Assembly: GCA_009602725.1 (NCBI GenBank)
Contig: WELB01000017.1
Coordinates: forward strand, 488,855 to 549,152
DNA length: 60,298 nt
DNA from: Spirogloea muscicola
Lineage: Eukaryota
Direction: 5' to 3'
Shown here: positions 1 to 17,551 of the stretch, piece by piece
Layout: each line of letters starts with the position of its first letter
Position numbering within the stretch: position 1 is the first letter of the stretch
Notes under the pieces: generated by a model
What the model was told of the DNA's origin: nothing
Seen by the model: the letters and a program-made list of their open reading frames with translations, nothing else
Database searches by the model: none
Translations under genes and position numbers: made by a program

Positions 1-1815
1 CTCACACTCCTTGGGGTTCCCTTGGGCTCACCGGCCTTCGTGGACGAGCAGCTGCGCGGCAAGCTGCAGGAGCACCTCAAGCCGGCGGCCCGCCTCCCTG
101 AGCTGCGCGACATGCAGCTAGGGCTCGCCATGCTGACGCGCAGCATTGCGCAACGTCCCCTGTACCTGGCTCGAGCCCTCCCCCCCTCCCCGGCGGCGCA
201 GGCCGCCTATGCAACCTTCGATGCAGGTATCCTCGCCAGCACAGCGGCCCTGGTCCAACACCCGGCCTTCCTGGCAACGCCGGCTGCCGTGCACCAGGCC
301 TCCCTGCCTGTGAGCCGCGGGGGTCTGGGCTGCCGTCCGCTGGCTCGTGCCTGCCGGGCAGCACACCTGGGGAGTTGGGCGCAGGTTGCGCAGGTTGCGC
401 AGGTTGCGGCTTCGGTGGCCCAGCGTTTCATCCGGCATGGGGGTCGCCTGCTGGAGCAGGCGGCAGCGGACGTGGAGACTGGCACGTTGCCCTTCCAGGT
501 GGCTCTCCGCTCAGCCCGGGATGCGCTGCTTGCAGATCACCCCGCTCTGGTGCCACGGGCCGTCCCGTTCGTGCACCTCGCACGCACGGCCGACCTCCGG
601 GCCCAAGCTCGCTTCATGGCAGAGGTAGATGCGGCCTCCTTCACCACGGCGATGGGGCTCTTGCCATCGGCCGACCTCCGGGGGCGCGCGCGGTTGCTCT
701 CGGCATCCTCACCAGGGGCAGCAGCTTGGTTGTCTGCCCTGCCGATCCACGACGCGCTCCGAATGCCCGATGACGCCTTCCGTACGGCGGTGCACCGCCT
801 CCTCGGCCTCCACCCACCCTGCCTCAGTGGAGTACAGCAGTGTGAGTGCGGAGAGCGCAGTTCAGACGCAGCATCGTTGGCAGCTCACATGCTCAGGTGC
901 GCACGGGGCGGGGAGCGGACAGGAACACACGACCTGCTGCGGAATGCAATGTTTGGCATATTTGTCGAGGCCGGTGACACGGTGGCGCTCGAGAATACCA
1001 GCATCATGCCTCCGACCGCTGGGGCGGATGGCTGCATCCACACCCGGCGCGCCGATCTCATCGACAGCACGTTCGGCGGGGGGCCTCGGCTCATTGCCGA
1101 CGTTGTCACGACTGACTGCTTTGTTTCCAGCAGCGCCAAACGCTCGTCGGAGGAGGCGGGCTACACAGACTGCCAAGCGGCGGGCGCAAAGGAACGGAAA
1201 TACTCGGACCACCCAGTGGGAGACGAGTTTGTTCCACTGGCAGTCAATGTGCACGGAGCTTTTGGCACAAAATGGCTTGACTTGCTTCACCGCCCTGCGT
1301 GGCGTGCAGCGGCCCGCCGCCTCGGGCAGCAGGGCGAGCAGCCCGGCTTCAACGTCGCCGGGTCCCTCGCTCAGGTCTTCCGAATGCGTTTGGCCATCTC
1401 GATGCAGCGGTCCCTTGCCTTCGTGGTTCACTTGCGCGCAGGCCGAGCTTTGGCGGCGGCCTCCGGCTTCCGTCAGGGCAACGTCTTTCCGCCGGCTAGC
1501 TACTCAGACTTGCATCTCCTGACTAGAGGTTACTGAGCGTTCCCTGGCTGATGTCTTAGTCCTAGTCCGTCGCACTCCGGCTCCTTCAGACCTTGTCCAT
1601 TCCATTGGGCTGGCCTTTCCCAGCCACCAGTCAATCTGGCCGTGCTTTCTTATCTTTGGCTTTGGACATCGTCCATTCTTTTTGGGCTGGCTTTGCCAGC
1701 CCTCCTCTATGGGCGAGCACTTTTTTTCTCTACGGGCGCGCACTTCTCTCCATGGGCGAGCCCTTCTTCTTTTCTGCGCCCTTCGGACCTGTCAACTTTC
1801 TTCCGGCTGGCTTGT
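1..1815 (+). mobile_element. 3' part of a CRE-clade-like non-LTR retrotransposon (RT thumb, Zn knuckle, restriction-like endonuclease, composite 3' UTR); continues upstream of the window
   Basis: Frame open from 1 to 1536: LGVPLGS (RT C-terminal motif), LPVSRGGLG, CECG..H..RC knuckle, THDLLR, RRADL..ADV..AKERKY (PD-(D/E)xK-type RLE), ending LLTRGY*. Followed by a GGGCTGG-N5-CCAGCCC hairpin and ATGGGCGAGCAC termini shared with other copies. Confidence 0.88.
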
Positions 1816-2660
1816 AACAGCCCTCCGCCCCTTCGAAAGAGCTCACGTTTTGTTCCAGCCATCGCTTCACTTTGAAGCCCATTTCCTTACCAGTGAAGTC
1901 CATCACCTGCATGCTAATGCGCTTATGGTCGCCAAAGAACCGCATGCGGTCAGACACGCCAACCATTGTGCAGGAATCGGCTTGTCCCACTGGGCACAGG
2001 CGTTCATGGGGCGTCTGATTTACTGAATGAGCCTCTCTAGTACGCTGCAGCATTGCTACCTTGTCGCCTTGCATCTGCGATCTTTCCGCCTTGCATCTGC
2101 GTATTGGCCGTCCCTTGACTTGCCGCCTCAGGATACCGGCGGGGCAACTCTTCCCTGCCCTTGCAATAGTCTGCCCTTGCAGACCTTGTCCTCAAATTGA
2201 CAGCCTCGCCCCTCTGGGAAGGACTGTCTCCTCCCTGCAGCTACGCAATCAGACTTGCTGCTTTGACGAGGAATTCCTGGGTAGCTGCCCGCAGTAGCCG
2301 CTCATTCTGCTGTTTACATTGTGCTCTTATCCTGGGGCTTTCCTCTAGGCCTAGACCTTGTTTAAATTTTTTGGGCTGGCCTTCCATAGCCACAGCCTAC
2401 TCCTTGGATAGCCCTAATACTCTTAACGGCCTTATTGAGGTCCTTCTGAGCAGCGTCAGAGGTCCGAGACCCAAGTCCTTGGCATGCAGGAACCAGTTCC
2501 ATTCCTAATGGGGATCTCCAGGTGCTGCCTCTGACGCCTTACCAAGGTCATCTTAGGAATATCCCTGATAACACAAAAGATAGGGCTAAAGTGCCCCAGT
2601 ATCCAAGAAATGTCAGAGATATCTCTCTCGCAACATCACGAGGTCAGTCACCCTAGTTCA

Positions 2661-2975
2661 AAACATTGCCAATCTAGGCTACACTCGACGTGCAGATGTG
2701 TTTCCGGCTGAGATGGGCTTGCCAGCTGCATATCTGTCGCTCTTGCGACGACGAGTTTCGGCCTGTTTGCAGCGTGCTCAGGCTAGTGCCTTGCACCAGA
2801 AAGCTGGGCGAGCTCTAGTAGGTGGCAGAAGGGCTCCGTTCCTGGCATCTAGTATTCATGCATGGAGTAGTGACCTTTATGTTTTGACCCGTGGTTATTG
2901 AGCGGGTCAATCTGCTGTAGGTTATGTAGATTCTTAGATGTGCTTGCCTTTGTAACTGGCCATTTGGCCTACATT
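2661..2975 (+). mobile_element. 5'-truncated 3' fragment of an AT-richer CRE-like family (family C)
   Basis: Translates as ..RRRVSACLQRAQASALHQKAGRAL..SDLYVLTRGY*; near-identical copies at 20995-21280, 21352-21700 and 48493-48622. Confidence 0.8.
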
Positions 2976-3890
2976 TCTTTCTAATACACGATCTCTTCTA
3001 GTGGAGTAAGCTGATCGTCAAGGTCCAATGAGCACAAGACACCATCTCCAATTGACCCCTTGGATTGAGACAATCAGCAACACAATTCAATTGACTGCTA
3101 TTGCATTCACAAAAGTGAGAAGGTTGTGAATGAAAATGCAAACAATATGCGGACACATTTGAGAATCATATACTATCAATGAGCAGATTGCGATCGCTGC
3201 AATAGATGGAAATGTGTTAGATTTTGATCATTGGGACCAGTCCTTTCAGTCCTTTCTGCGAATGTTCTTACCCAGTGCGAATAGACCTTCTGCAGCAGCA
3301 GTACTTTCCCTGATATCTATGGGGAGATGTCATATTTCCGGGGGGTTTAATTCCATTACCAATAAAAGACAGGATCACACATTATCTTGGGAATGTATGG
3401 AGGCAGCTGTGATGTAGGAAGAGTAATGCATCTTCTGCAATGCTTGCAAGCAGTGGTGTGTTCTGTCAGCATCATCAGAGTATCTTCAACAGGGCCACCT
3501 TTGACCTTGAGTGCATCAAGTGGTCCAAGTAAACAGGTACTGTCCTTCTGAGCAGCTTGTTATTCAAGGAGCTACTGGCTGGCTCTAAGCCTAGAAGTCC
3601 TTTGTATCAGCGGACACTGCCAGCCGTTTTAAATTACAATCGCAACACACTGTCTCTAGCAACAGTCCCTGTGGCACATTGTAAGTAGTGCACCTATGTA
3701 GCATGTCCAGCTGCTGAGAGGAATCTACAGATAGTCCAAAACTAGAGCAATCCAAACAAGCACTAGTGGGGGGGCTCTACTACTCATCAGCTTGTAGTTG
3801 CCACGAAGGCAACTCTGTGCCTAAATTCAATGCCTACTGGAAGCAGATGGTGGTTGGGAGGCCAGGTTGTCAAAGGCCAGGTTGTCCAAG

Positions 3891-5500
3891 TCAGAGATCA
3901 ACATATGTTGAAGGGTTGACAGGGCAGCCCCTCTGGTTGCGGATTTCCCAGTGCAAGTGTGGCCCTGTTGCCCTGCCTGTCTCGCCGACAGACGCGATGC
4001 AGTCCCCGCGGTTGACCATCTTGCCTTCCCATGCGTAGATCTCGCTGGCGTGAGCATAAAGGGTCTGCCAGCCATCCTTGTGTGTGATCTGCATGTGCAA
4101 TACCACAACATTGAGCATCCAAGGAAGTTGCATAGATGCACAAATAATCAAGTAGACAATCAATGATGTTTCTCAGAAGATGCTGCTATGGGCTCTTAGA
4201 CTCCATGGCAGAAGCGGACGGCCTATTTGTCTCTGCAGTCAACTACGCGGAAATGATCAACTTAACTTCTCACCTCAACAAGGTAGCCAAAACCAGTCGG
4301 CTCCCATCCTGCATACGTGACCTTCCCCGCGTCTGCAGCAAGCACAGGCTCTCCTGTCGGGGCTGCCAGGTCGACGCCATTGTGATGACGGCCCCATCGA
4401 GGCCCGAAGACAGAGCTTATCTCCCAGATCTTATCCACTGGTCTGATGAAGCCAGACCAGCCAGGTGTCGCATGCTCCGCAATCTCCTTCGCAAGCGCCA
4501 GCGCATTCTCAGATGGCTCCTTCAGCCACACAGGCTTCTGCAAGAAAAGATCCATTGTCAGAAATGCTTGCTACACTGTGCAGCTTCTCCACCTCTTATT
4601 AGGCCTCCTGTTCAGGACAATTGAGAGAGTTGACATGGTCCTCATAAGTGTCGCCTCCTCTGGCATTGACAGACTCGATGTCGGCTTCGGTGCGAGGGCG
4701 TTGAGGGACGCCGATGCCAACAGAAGGCCTGGCGGTCCTCTTTGCATCTGCGAGAGACCAGCCTCGATCACCGTCTGGCAGATCTTCATGGACAGGCGCG
4801 ACGCTCTCTCAAGAGGGTGCAGCTTCGGGTGGTTGCTCCGTCGCCTCCGCTGCTGCAGATTGCGCTGCTGTATGGCGCTCGTCCACGTGCGGGCCCAGGT
4901 CGCGAGCGCCGCAGTCGCAGTCTGCCGGCCAAAGTCCAGCAACTCCACTGCCAGCGGCTGATTGGCCTTGGTGTCCCGCCTTCGAGGAGCATGATGACTG
5001 TGACAACAGGCCTGCAAAGGTAAGACGACAACCACCGTCACCATTGCGTGGAGTCACAAGGTCGCAGCTACATTGCAGTCAGGACTTTCAGTCAACAGAA
5101 GCCATAAGAGGACTCGCTTACAGACTGCCTAGCTGACATGTGCCATTGCGAATCACTAAATAGCCAAAGAGACTGAGCAATGGAGCAACTCGTTGATTCG
5201 TACTCTGTGCACCAATGCGCAGAGGTCAATGTACCAGGCCCCGGACTGTCTGAGAGACAGCAATGTAGTGCCACACGACCTTGTTGACACACTGCACGAT
5301 CGAGAAGGTGAAGAGGTTGTGCACGAGGCGGGCCAGGCGTGCCGGCAGGCTGTGCGCAGCGGGCTCACCATGGTGCAGATGGACCCGCCCTGGCCCAAGA
5401 CCGCCGTCACCGCGCCACAATGGCGCTCGCCGCCTTCTCACTGCGGGGCACACGAGGCCCCTGCTGTTCACGCTGCCGCTGCCCGCCACGAGCGCTCGAC
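3891..5500 (-). CDS. M23-family metallo-endopeptidase (peptidoglycan hydrolase-like), multi-exon; 5' exons uncertain
   Basis: Exon 4537-4274 (ISSVFGPRWGRHHNGVDLAAPTGEPVLAADAGKVTYAGW) and exon 4088-3891 (TLYAHAS..VGETGRATGPHLHWEIR..PVNP). Intact HxxxD and HxH zinc motifs; GT-AG intron 4273-4089. Confidence 0.85.
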
Positions 5501-6314
5501 GAGCGCACGGAATTAGGAGTTCCCGCCGCCGCTGCCGCCGCCTTGCAGAGGGCAGCCCGAGCTCCGCGGCAGGCTTCGCGGCGGGCTTCGCGGCGGGCGC
5601 GGCGGCGGCGGGGCGAGCGAAGTGCGGCTGATGGAACAGCTACCCGGGGGAGGGGCGTGGGGAGGAGGGAGGCAGGGGGGAAGGAGGGAGGTGGGCGGCA
5701 AAGGGAGGCGGCCGTTCACAGCGGTTTCCCGTGATGGGGAGGGAGGGAGGAGGGAGGAGGGAGAGTGGACTGGCCCACCCTCCCTCTTCCCGCGCCCAAC
5801 GGCCGGTCCTCTGCGGGGGCTCGCCGGGCCTTGGCCGGCGCCGCCGCCCCGACAGGCAGCCCGCCTGGGCCTCGCCGTTCCGAACACCACAGAGGACCCC
5901 CACCCCCCTCCGACACCCCCCCCCCCNNNNNCCCCCCATCTGATCCCTTCTCCCCCTCCAAATCAAACCTCGGGTTTAGCGCCAAAACCGGAGCCTTTCC
6001 CAACTTGGCCAAATGGGGCTGAGGCCTTCAAAAGGCTCGAGGCCGCCGCCGTTGACGTCCAGTGGGAGGTCCATCCACGTCAAATCACGCAACCCATGTC
6101 CAGTCATGTCCACAACGCCGACACCACCACTGAGTGGACAGCTGACGGGCGCAAACGCCTCAAAACGAACAACCTGCCATATAAGCGTCGGCGACTAAGA
6201 CTGTGACTTCTGCCAATCGTGGAGCTGGGCACAAAGCGGCTAACCGGCCATGCCGTATGATCCCAAGGCTACCGCGGCTGGTGCAGCAAGCCGGAAGTGC
6301 CATGGGTCCTCGAG

Positions 6315-8674
<2,360 letters not shown>

Positions 8675-9930
8675 CGGCAGCCAGCGGTGGGCATAGGTAG
8701 CGGCAACACTTTACCAACACGCTACTGGTCAAGCTACTGAAGACTCACCAAAGGGTTATGCAAAACGCCCTGGTTGCAATGGTACTGTGTCGACAGCGCA
8801 GGCAACGGGCATGCAGCCTCCGAGACCGAACGTGGGCGACCGCTGCTGCAGCAACGACGCTACGAGCTTAGCAATGTTCCTAGTATAGAATGTCAGTGGT
8901 CGGCAGTCATCATGGCCCTTCACCGTGTGATGGGTACCCGTGCGGCAGCTCTCGTTAGCGGCGGCAGCAGCGGCGTTGGGAGATGTCATCTGCATGGTCT
9001 GTCCAAAAGGGTAATGGCAGCGACGCTGCTCCCCATGGCGATGGAATATGCAGAGGCGCGCTGCGGCGGGCTGGCGCGGGGCGCGGGAGCCCCGGCGAGG
9101 GGGCTCGACCGCGCGGCCCGCAGCCGCCGCCGCGGCGCTCGATCGTCGACGTTCTCGCGGGACTGTGCAGCGACGGGGGGNGCCGCCGCCGCCGCCGCCG
9201 CGGCCGCCGCGGCGCTGGACTGGGCTGGGTTTAAGGATCTGACCTGCTGGCTGGCTGGCTTGGGGTTTAAGCCCACTAAGATCTCTCCAGCCGCCGCTGC
9301 GCCCAGCAACATGCCGAGCCTGCTGACCGACGGATGCGGCGCATCGAGATCGTCCCCGTGGCAACTGAGACCGTAACGTAACTACGTAAAGCTCTCAACA
9401 GGCCCGTTGAGACCTCCTGAGCTGAGGATCTGCTGCCTAAGTGCTTAAAGTAAGGAATGCTGCGCAACTATGCCCATGGCTTGTGCCCCAGCGTGTGCAG
9501 CGTAACGGCGTAAGCACTGCACACCAGCTCATGCACTTCCACACGGACTTCTGCTGCGCACATCGTGGACCACCAGGCATCACAAGACATGCACCTTACA
9601 CACCGGGCATGGACAGAGGCTAGCATAGTCAGCATGTATTGACCTCAGTACCCACCATCCCAAATAGCAGCACGATGTACAGTTCTGCTAACTCTCTGTG
9701 CACAATTGAGCTCTCCCAAGTCCTGGCAACGAACAGTTTCTCGTATGTTGTTGATTTGATTTAAGCTGGAACTGTATGAGTGGTGCTTCCTTGATGCTCG
9801 TTCGATGTGGTGCTCATTTCTTCTGTTTTTACAACATTCAGTAGCTCATGAAAATTGCCACCGATTTCTGTCTATCTAGACTGAAGCAGCTTGCATTTAC
9901 AGTCTTACTGAGCTGGGCCTACAGAAGATG

Positions 9931-9962
9931 GTTAAGCTTCTTGACATGTCAAGAAGCTTAAC
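9931..9962. repeat. Perfect 32-bp palindrome
   Basis: gttaagcttcttgaca|tgtcaagaagcttaac equals its own reverse complement. Confidence 0.95.
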
Positions 9963-10424
9963 TATCTCCTTGCACCAGGACTTGATGTCGGACTTTCTCA
10001 ACAGCAGCAAGCCCAAAGCTGTGACTCAGAGTTGAAAGTTCTCCAACCTAAGTATAAGATTTGTGTAGCACTGAACACGAGGAGCGCAGCAGGCACAGTG
10101 CCGGCTTCGGCATTGATGCTGGCGTTAAAAATGGGAAACCGTCTTGACCTTTGGCTGGGCCTGAAGGTCTGTTTGATAGACTCAACACAACCCCCTTCGT
10201 GAAATCTAAAACTTACAAGCCTGGAAAACTTCCAGGTAATTCCTCCCTAGGGGGAGGAGTGTTGCTCGAGTAACACTTATTTAATGCTCTGCCGTGTGGC
10301 TGCATAGCTTTGCTATAAGGAGGGGTGAGGAGCTGTGTTTCAAAGAGCGAGAAGTCGAGGCCAAACCATGACTGTGCAACGCTATTGTATTAGGTGTTGC
10401 CAGGTCCGAGGCCACTGCTCATCG

Positions 10425-14134
<3,710 letters not shown>

Positions 14135-15189
14135 CGAGGGCTCCCGGCGACCAACTCAGGGCACTCGAGGCCAGAAGCGAAATCCTCCGCTTTGCTGCCG
14201 CTGCCCTTGGGCGAGCTCGACGGCGGCGGATCGCTCCCACTCTCGCCGCGTTCGTCAGTGCTTCTGCTTCGAGCCGACACGAACGAGCTTGCGCAGCAAC
14301 GAAGGCAGTGGTTGCCCGAGTGCCAAAGGAGGCTGCGGAGGCTGGGGGGCGGGGATGGGATTGGGAGTGGCTCGGAGCGCTAGTGGCTGATATAGAGGTC
14401 AATGACGGCCAGCTCTGGCCAGCAGGCCGTCCTTTTGAGGCGGCGCGCGGGGGGGCTCAGCAATGGCGGCCTGTGAGTGGAGGTCGGGAGTAGCGTCCAT
14501 GGAGGGCCAAGCGGGGGGGAGGTTTCCGCTCCCCCCCTCCCTCCTCGCGCACCTCTCTCCCCGGGGCCCACTCTGGGACTATGTGCTGGCGGCTGCCTTC
14601 CCGGGCGGCGGGGGGGGGGGGGCGTGAGGCGCAAGTGCCGAGCCTCCATAGCCGGGGCTGCCGGCCCGCCGCCATAGCCAAAGGGGGGGGGGAGGAGTTG
14701 GGAGCGGCGACCCGGCGCCGCCTCAGGCCCATCATCTCCCTCCCTTTCTCTCCCCTCCCCTCTCCCCTGTAATCTCTGTTTCCCTCCCATCGTGCTGCTA
14801 CTACATGCTTTACATCACTCTCCCGTTCTCTCCACCTCTCTCCCCTCGTTCCTCACCACCCTCTTACCCCGGGACCCCGCGCCCCCTTGCCCCCTACCCA
14901 CGTATGCCTCGCCGGCTTACGGCAGCCGCTGACGACACCGGCGGTCAGCAGTCGCCCCGTGGCGGCAAGCGCTGCCTGGCCCTTGCGCACGTGAGGCGAC
15001 GGCCGGGCGGCCCCCGTTGCGCCGCGTGGCGCCTCCGGGGGAGGCGGGGCGCGCCCCCTAAAAACTCGGACCCCTCCTCCCGCTTTCTTCTCTGCTGCGC
15101 CCCGAACCCCGCGCCAGATTGCCGCTCCTTCCTGGAAGCTCCACTCCTTCAGGGGCTTCCACAAGGAAAGAAATAGCTCTTCCAGATAC

Positions 15190-17060
15190 ACAGCAGTGGC
15201 TGTGAGAAGCCAGCCCAAAGGATGGACAAGGTCTGAAAGGAATGGACAAGGTCCAAAGGGCCTCCTTCGAGAAAAAGAAGAAGAAACCCGGCCGCTCGGG
15301 CTCGCGCCAGCGCCCAACTGCAGAAGAAAGTGCTCGCCCATTGAGAATAGGGGCTGGAACAACCAGCCCGAAAAAGAATGAACAGAACTGCAGAACTGCC
15401 CCCTGAAGCTAGGGATCCGGTCTACTGTGGCGGGCACTACCAACAGAAGAAAGATAGAAGAAGAAAGTGCTCGCCCATTGAGAATAGGGGCTGGAACAAC
15501 CAGCCCGAAAAAGAATGAACAGAGTACGAGAAGGGGGATAGCTCTCCCAATCAATGTAAGGCTGTGGCCGTGAGAGACCAGCCCAAAGGAATGCACAAGA
15601 AATTGCTCGCCCATGAATGTACAAGGTCTGGAGGGCCGGAACGCGCAAAGAAGAAGTGGCTTGCCCAAGAAGAAAAGACGCTTCCAGGAGAGGGCGGTGG
15701 CTGGGAGAGGCCAGATTCAACAAGTCCGAAGGGACCACGGAAAGGAAAAGCTCGCCCATAGAAGAGAGGGACTGGCAGAAGCCAGCCAAAAAAGAATGGA
15801 CAAAATCCAAAGAGCTACAGTAGAATCACTCAGTAACCTCTGCTAAGCAGCCGCAGGTCGGAGACCACGGAAAGCGCTAAAGCACACACGGAAACAAGTA
15901 GCTACTGAAAGAACTAAGTAACCACTAGCAAACCTCAGGTCGGAGAAGTGGCTCTCCCTATGAGAAGTGGCTCTCCCTTTGAAACAAAGTTTCAAAAGGG
16001 GCTAAATGACGGCGGGGCCTAAAGCCACAATGACGGAGGGGCCTGAAGATGCTATGTCAGAAACGGGTGGAGGATGGACCACTCAGTAGCTACGAGTGAG
16101 GAGCCTCCAATCCGGCGGACTAGCTGCCGGAACTTTATCCCCCTGACGAAAGCCTGAGGAGAAACTAGTCCCAAGAAGTGGCTCTCCGAAGAGCAGGATA
16201 CCATCCTCCATGACTTCTGTAAGTGGGCGCTCAATAACCTCTAGTCAGCGGTGCAGATCAGAATGACGAGAGCGTGGAAAAGCATCGCCCCAACGGAACC
16301 GGGGGGCAGCAGCCAAGACGCGACTTCCTCTCCTTGGAGCCTGCCAGAGTAGGTTAGGACACTGTATGTCACCGACTGAGAGAGACTGTGTCCAGTAGAG
16401 GGCGATGGCTGTGATTGGCCAGCACAGCGGGAAGAATAAACAAAGTTCGAAGGGGGGCGGGGCAGTAAAGAGAGAAGGAAGTGCGGCCAGATTAACTGGT
16501 GGCTGGGAGAGGCCAGCCCAATGGAATGGACAAGGAAAGAGGAAGGGCTCGCCCATTGAGGATAGAGGCTGGACAAGCCAGCCCAAAAGAAGCAGCAAAG
16601 CTTTTGGAGCAACAGCGAATCAACTGGCCACTGGTTGCTCATAATCCCCCTGTTGAGCAGTGTAGTCCTTTTTCGGCACTTCTTTCTTTGGCTTTGGACA
16701 TTGTCCATTCTTTTTGGGTTGGCTTTGCCAGCCCCTCTTCTCTGTGGGCGAGCTCTTCTTCTTCCCTAGCCCAGCATCTCTGATCTGCGGCTGCTTAGCA
16801 GGGGTTACTGAGTGTCTCGTAGCAGCTTTGTTTCTGTTACTTAGCGCTTCCCCTGGCCCCCTTCTCGTACTCTGTTCATTCTTTTTCGGGCTGGTTATTC
16901 CAGCCCCTATTCTCAATGGGCGAGCACTTTCTTCTTCTTCTTCTGCTGCTGAGCAGCCCCGCAGGTCAGAGAAACTAGTCTTCGACTCCACTAATCGTCA
17001 GTCGTCGGGACAGCCACCCAGGTATGAGCTCGGCGTGTGGACATGATGACGCTCGAATGA
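15190..17060. mobile_element. Island of nested or tandem CRE-like 3' fragments from several families, mostly minus strand, with plus-strand copies at 16661-16945
   Basis: Repeated reverse complements of the ..ccagccc..atgggcgagcactttc terminus; ORF ends LLSRGY (about 15830-15865), LLTRSY (about 16082-16160) and LTRGY (about 16231-16340); 16769-16880 matches 40303-40414. Confidence 0.85.
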
Positions 17061-17551
17061 CGATTCTCGGTGTGTCGGGGTTCAAGGGGGTCAGGGTTTA
17101 CCCGCGCCCAAGCCGCGAGCTCGTCCACCACGACCCCGGATCCCACGCCACGCCACAGCCAGAGCCGAGCTCGACGCGCCTGCGCAGGCTCGCGCTGGGC
17201 GCCCACTCGCGCGGTGGCGGCAGGTTACTCTTGGAGTGACAGAAGAGACAGCCGGTACCGTCTTCGTGCGCTGGGCGGTGAGGCCCTCGGACCCTTGTGG
17301 AGCTGGGCCAGCACAGTATGCGACGCCCGTCTCTCCGGGAGACGGCGCCTCCGTCAGACCGCCACCGCGTAGCATTTTGCGGGCTGTAGCGGCGGCGGTG
17401 GCACGCAGCGACGGCATTCATGGCGGTGGAGGCGGCAAGGAACGAGCCTGACTGTTAGCCGCAGGCTTCGGCCAGCGCCGCCGAGGTGGACTCGGCGCCC
17501 CTGCGAGCATCGTTGGCGCCAGGGCCGCTGCTGCGGCAGGACCGCCACAGC

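Noticed and set aside
1870..2640. Possible degenerate gag/protease remnant on the minus strand
   Set aside because: No convincing motif; left unassigned.
4571..4573. In-frame TAG in the M23 gene (pseudogene or readthrough)
   Set aside because: It lies just upstream of a branch point, pyrimidine tract and acceptor at 4538, so it is probably intronic.
14510..14680. HDV-like ribozyme (cctcctcgc motif)
   Set aside because: P3 and P2 pairings could not be built by eye.
15300..15800. CRISPR-like recurring repeats
   Set aside because: Spacing is irregular, the context is eukaryotic, there are no cas genes, and the repeats are retroelement termini.
16143..16170. Hammerhead-like CTGACGA...GAAAC
   Set aside because: No stem II can form, and the sequence is the reverse complement of a retroelement ORF end (GFRQG..LLTRSY).
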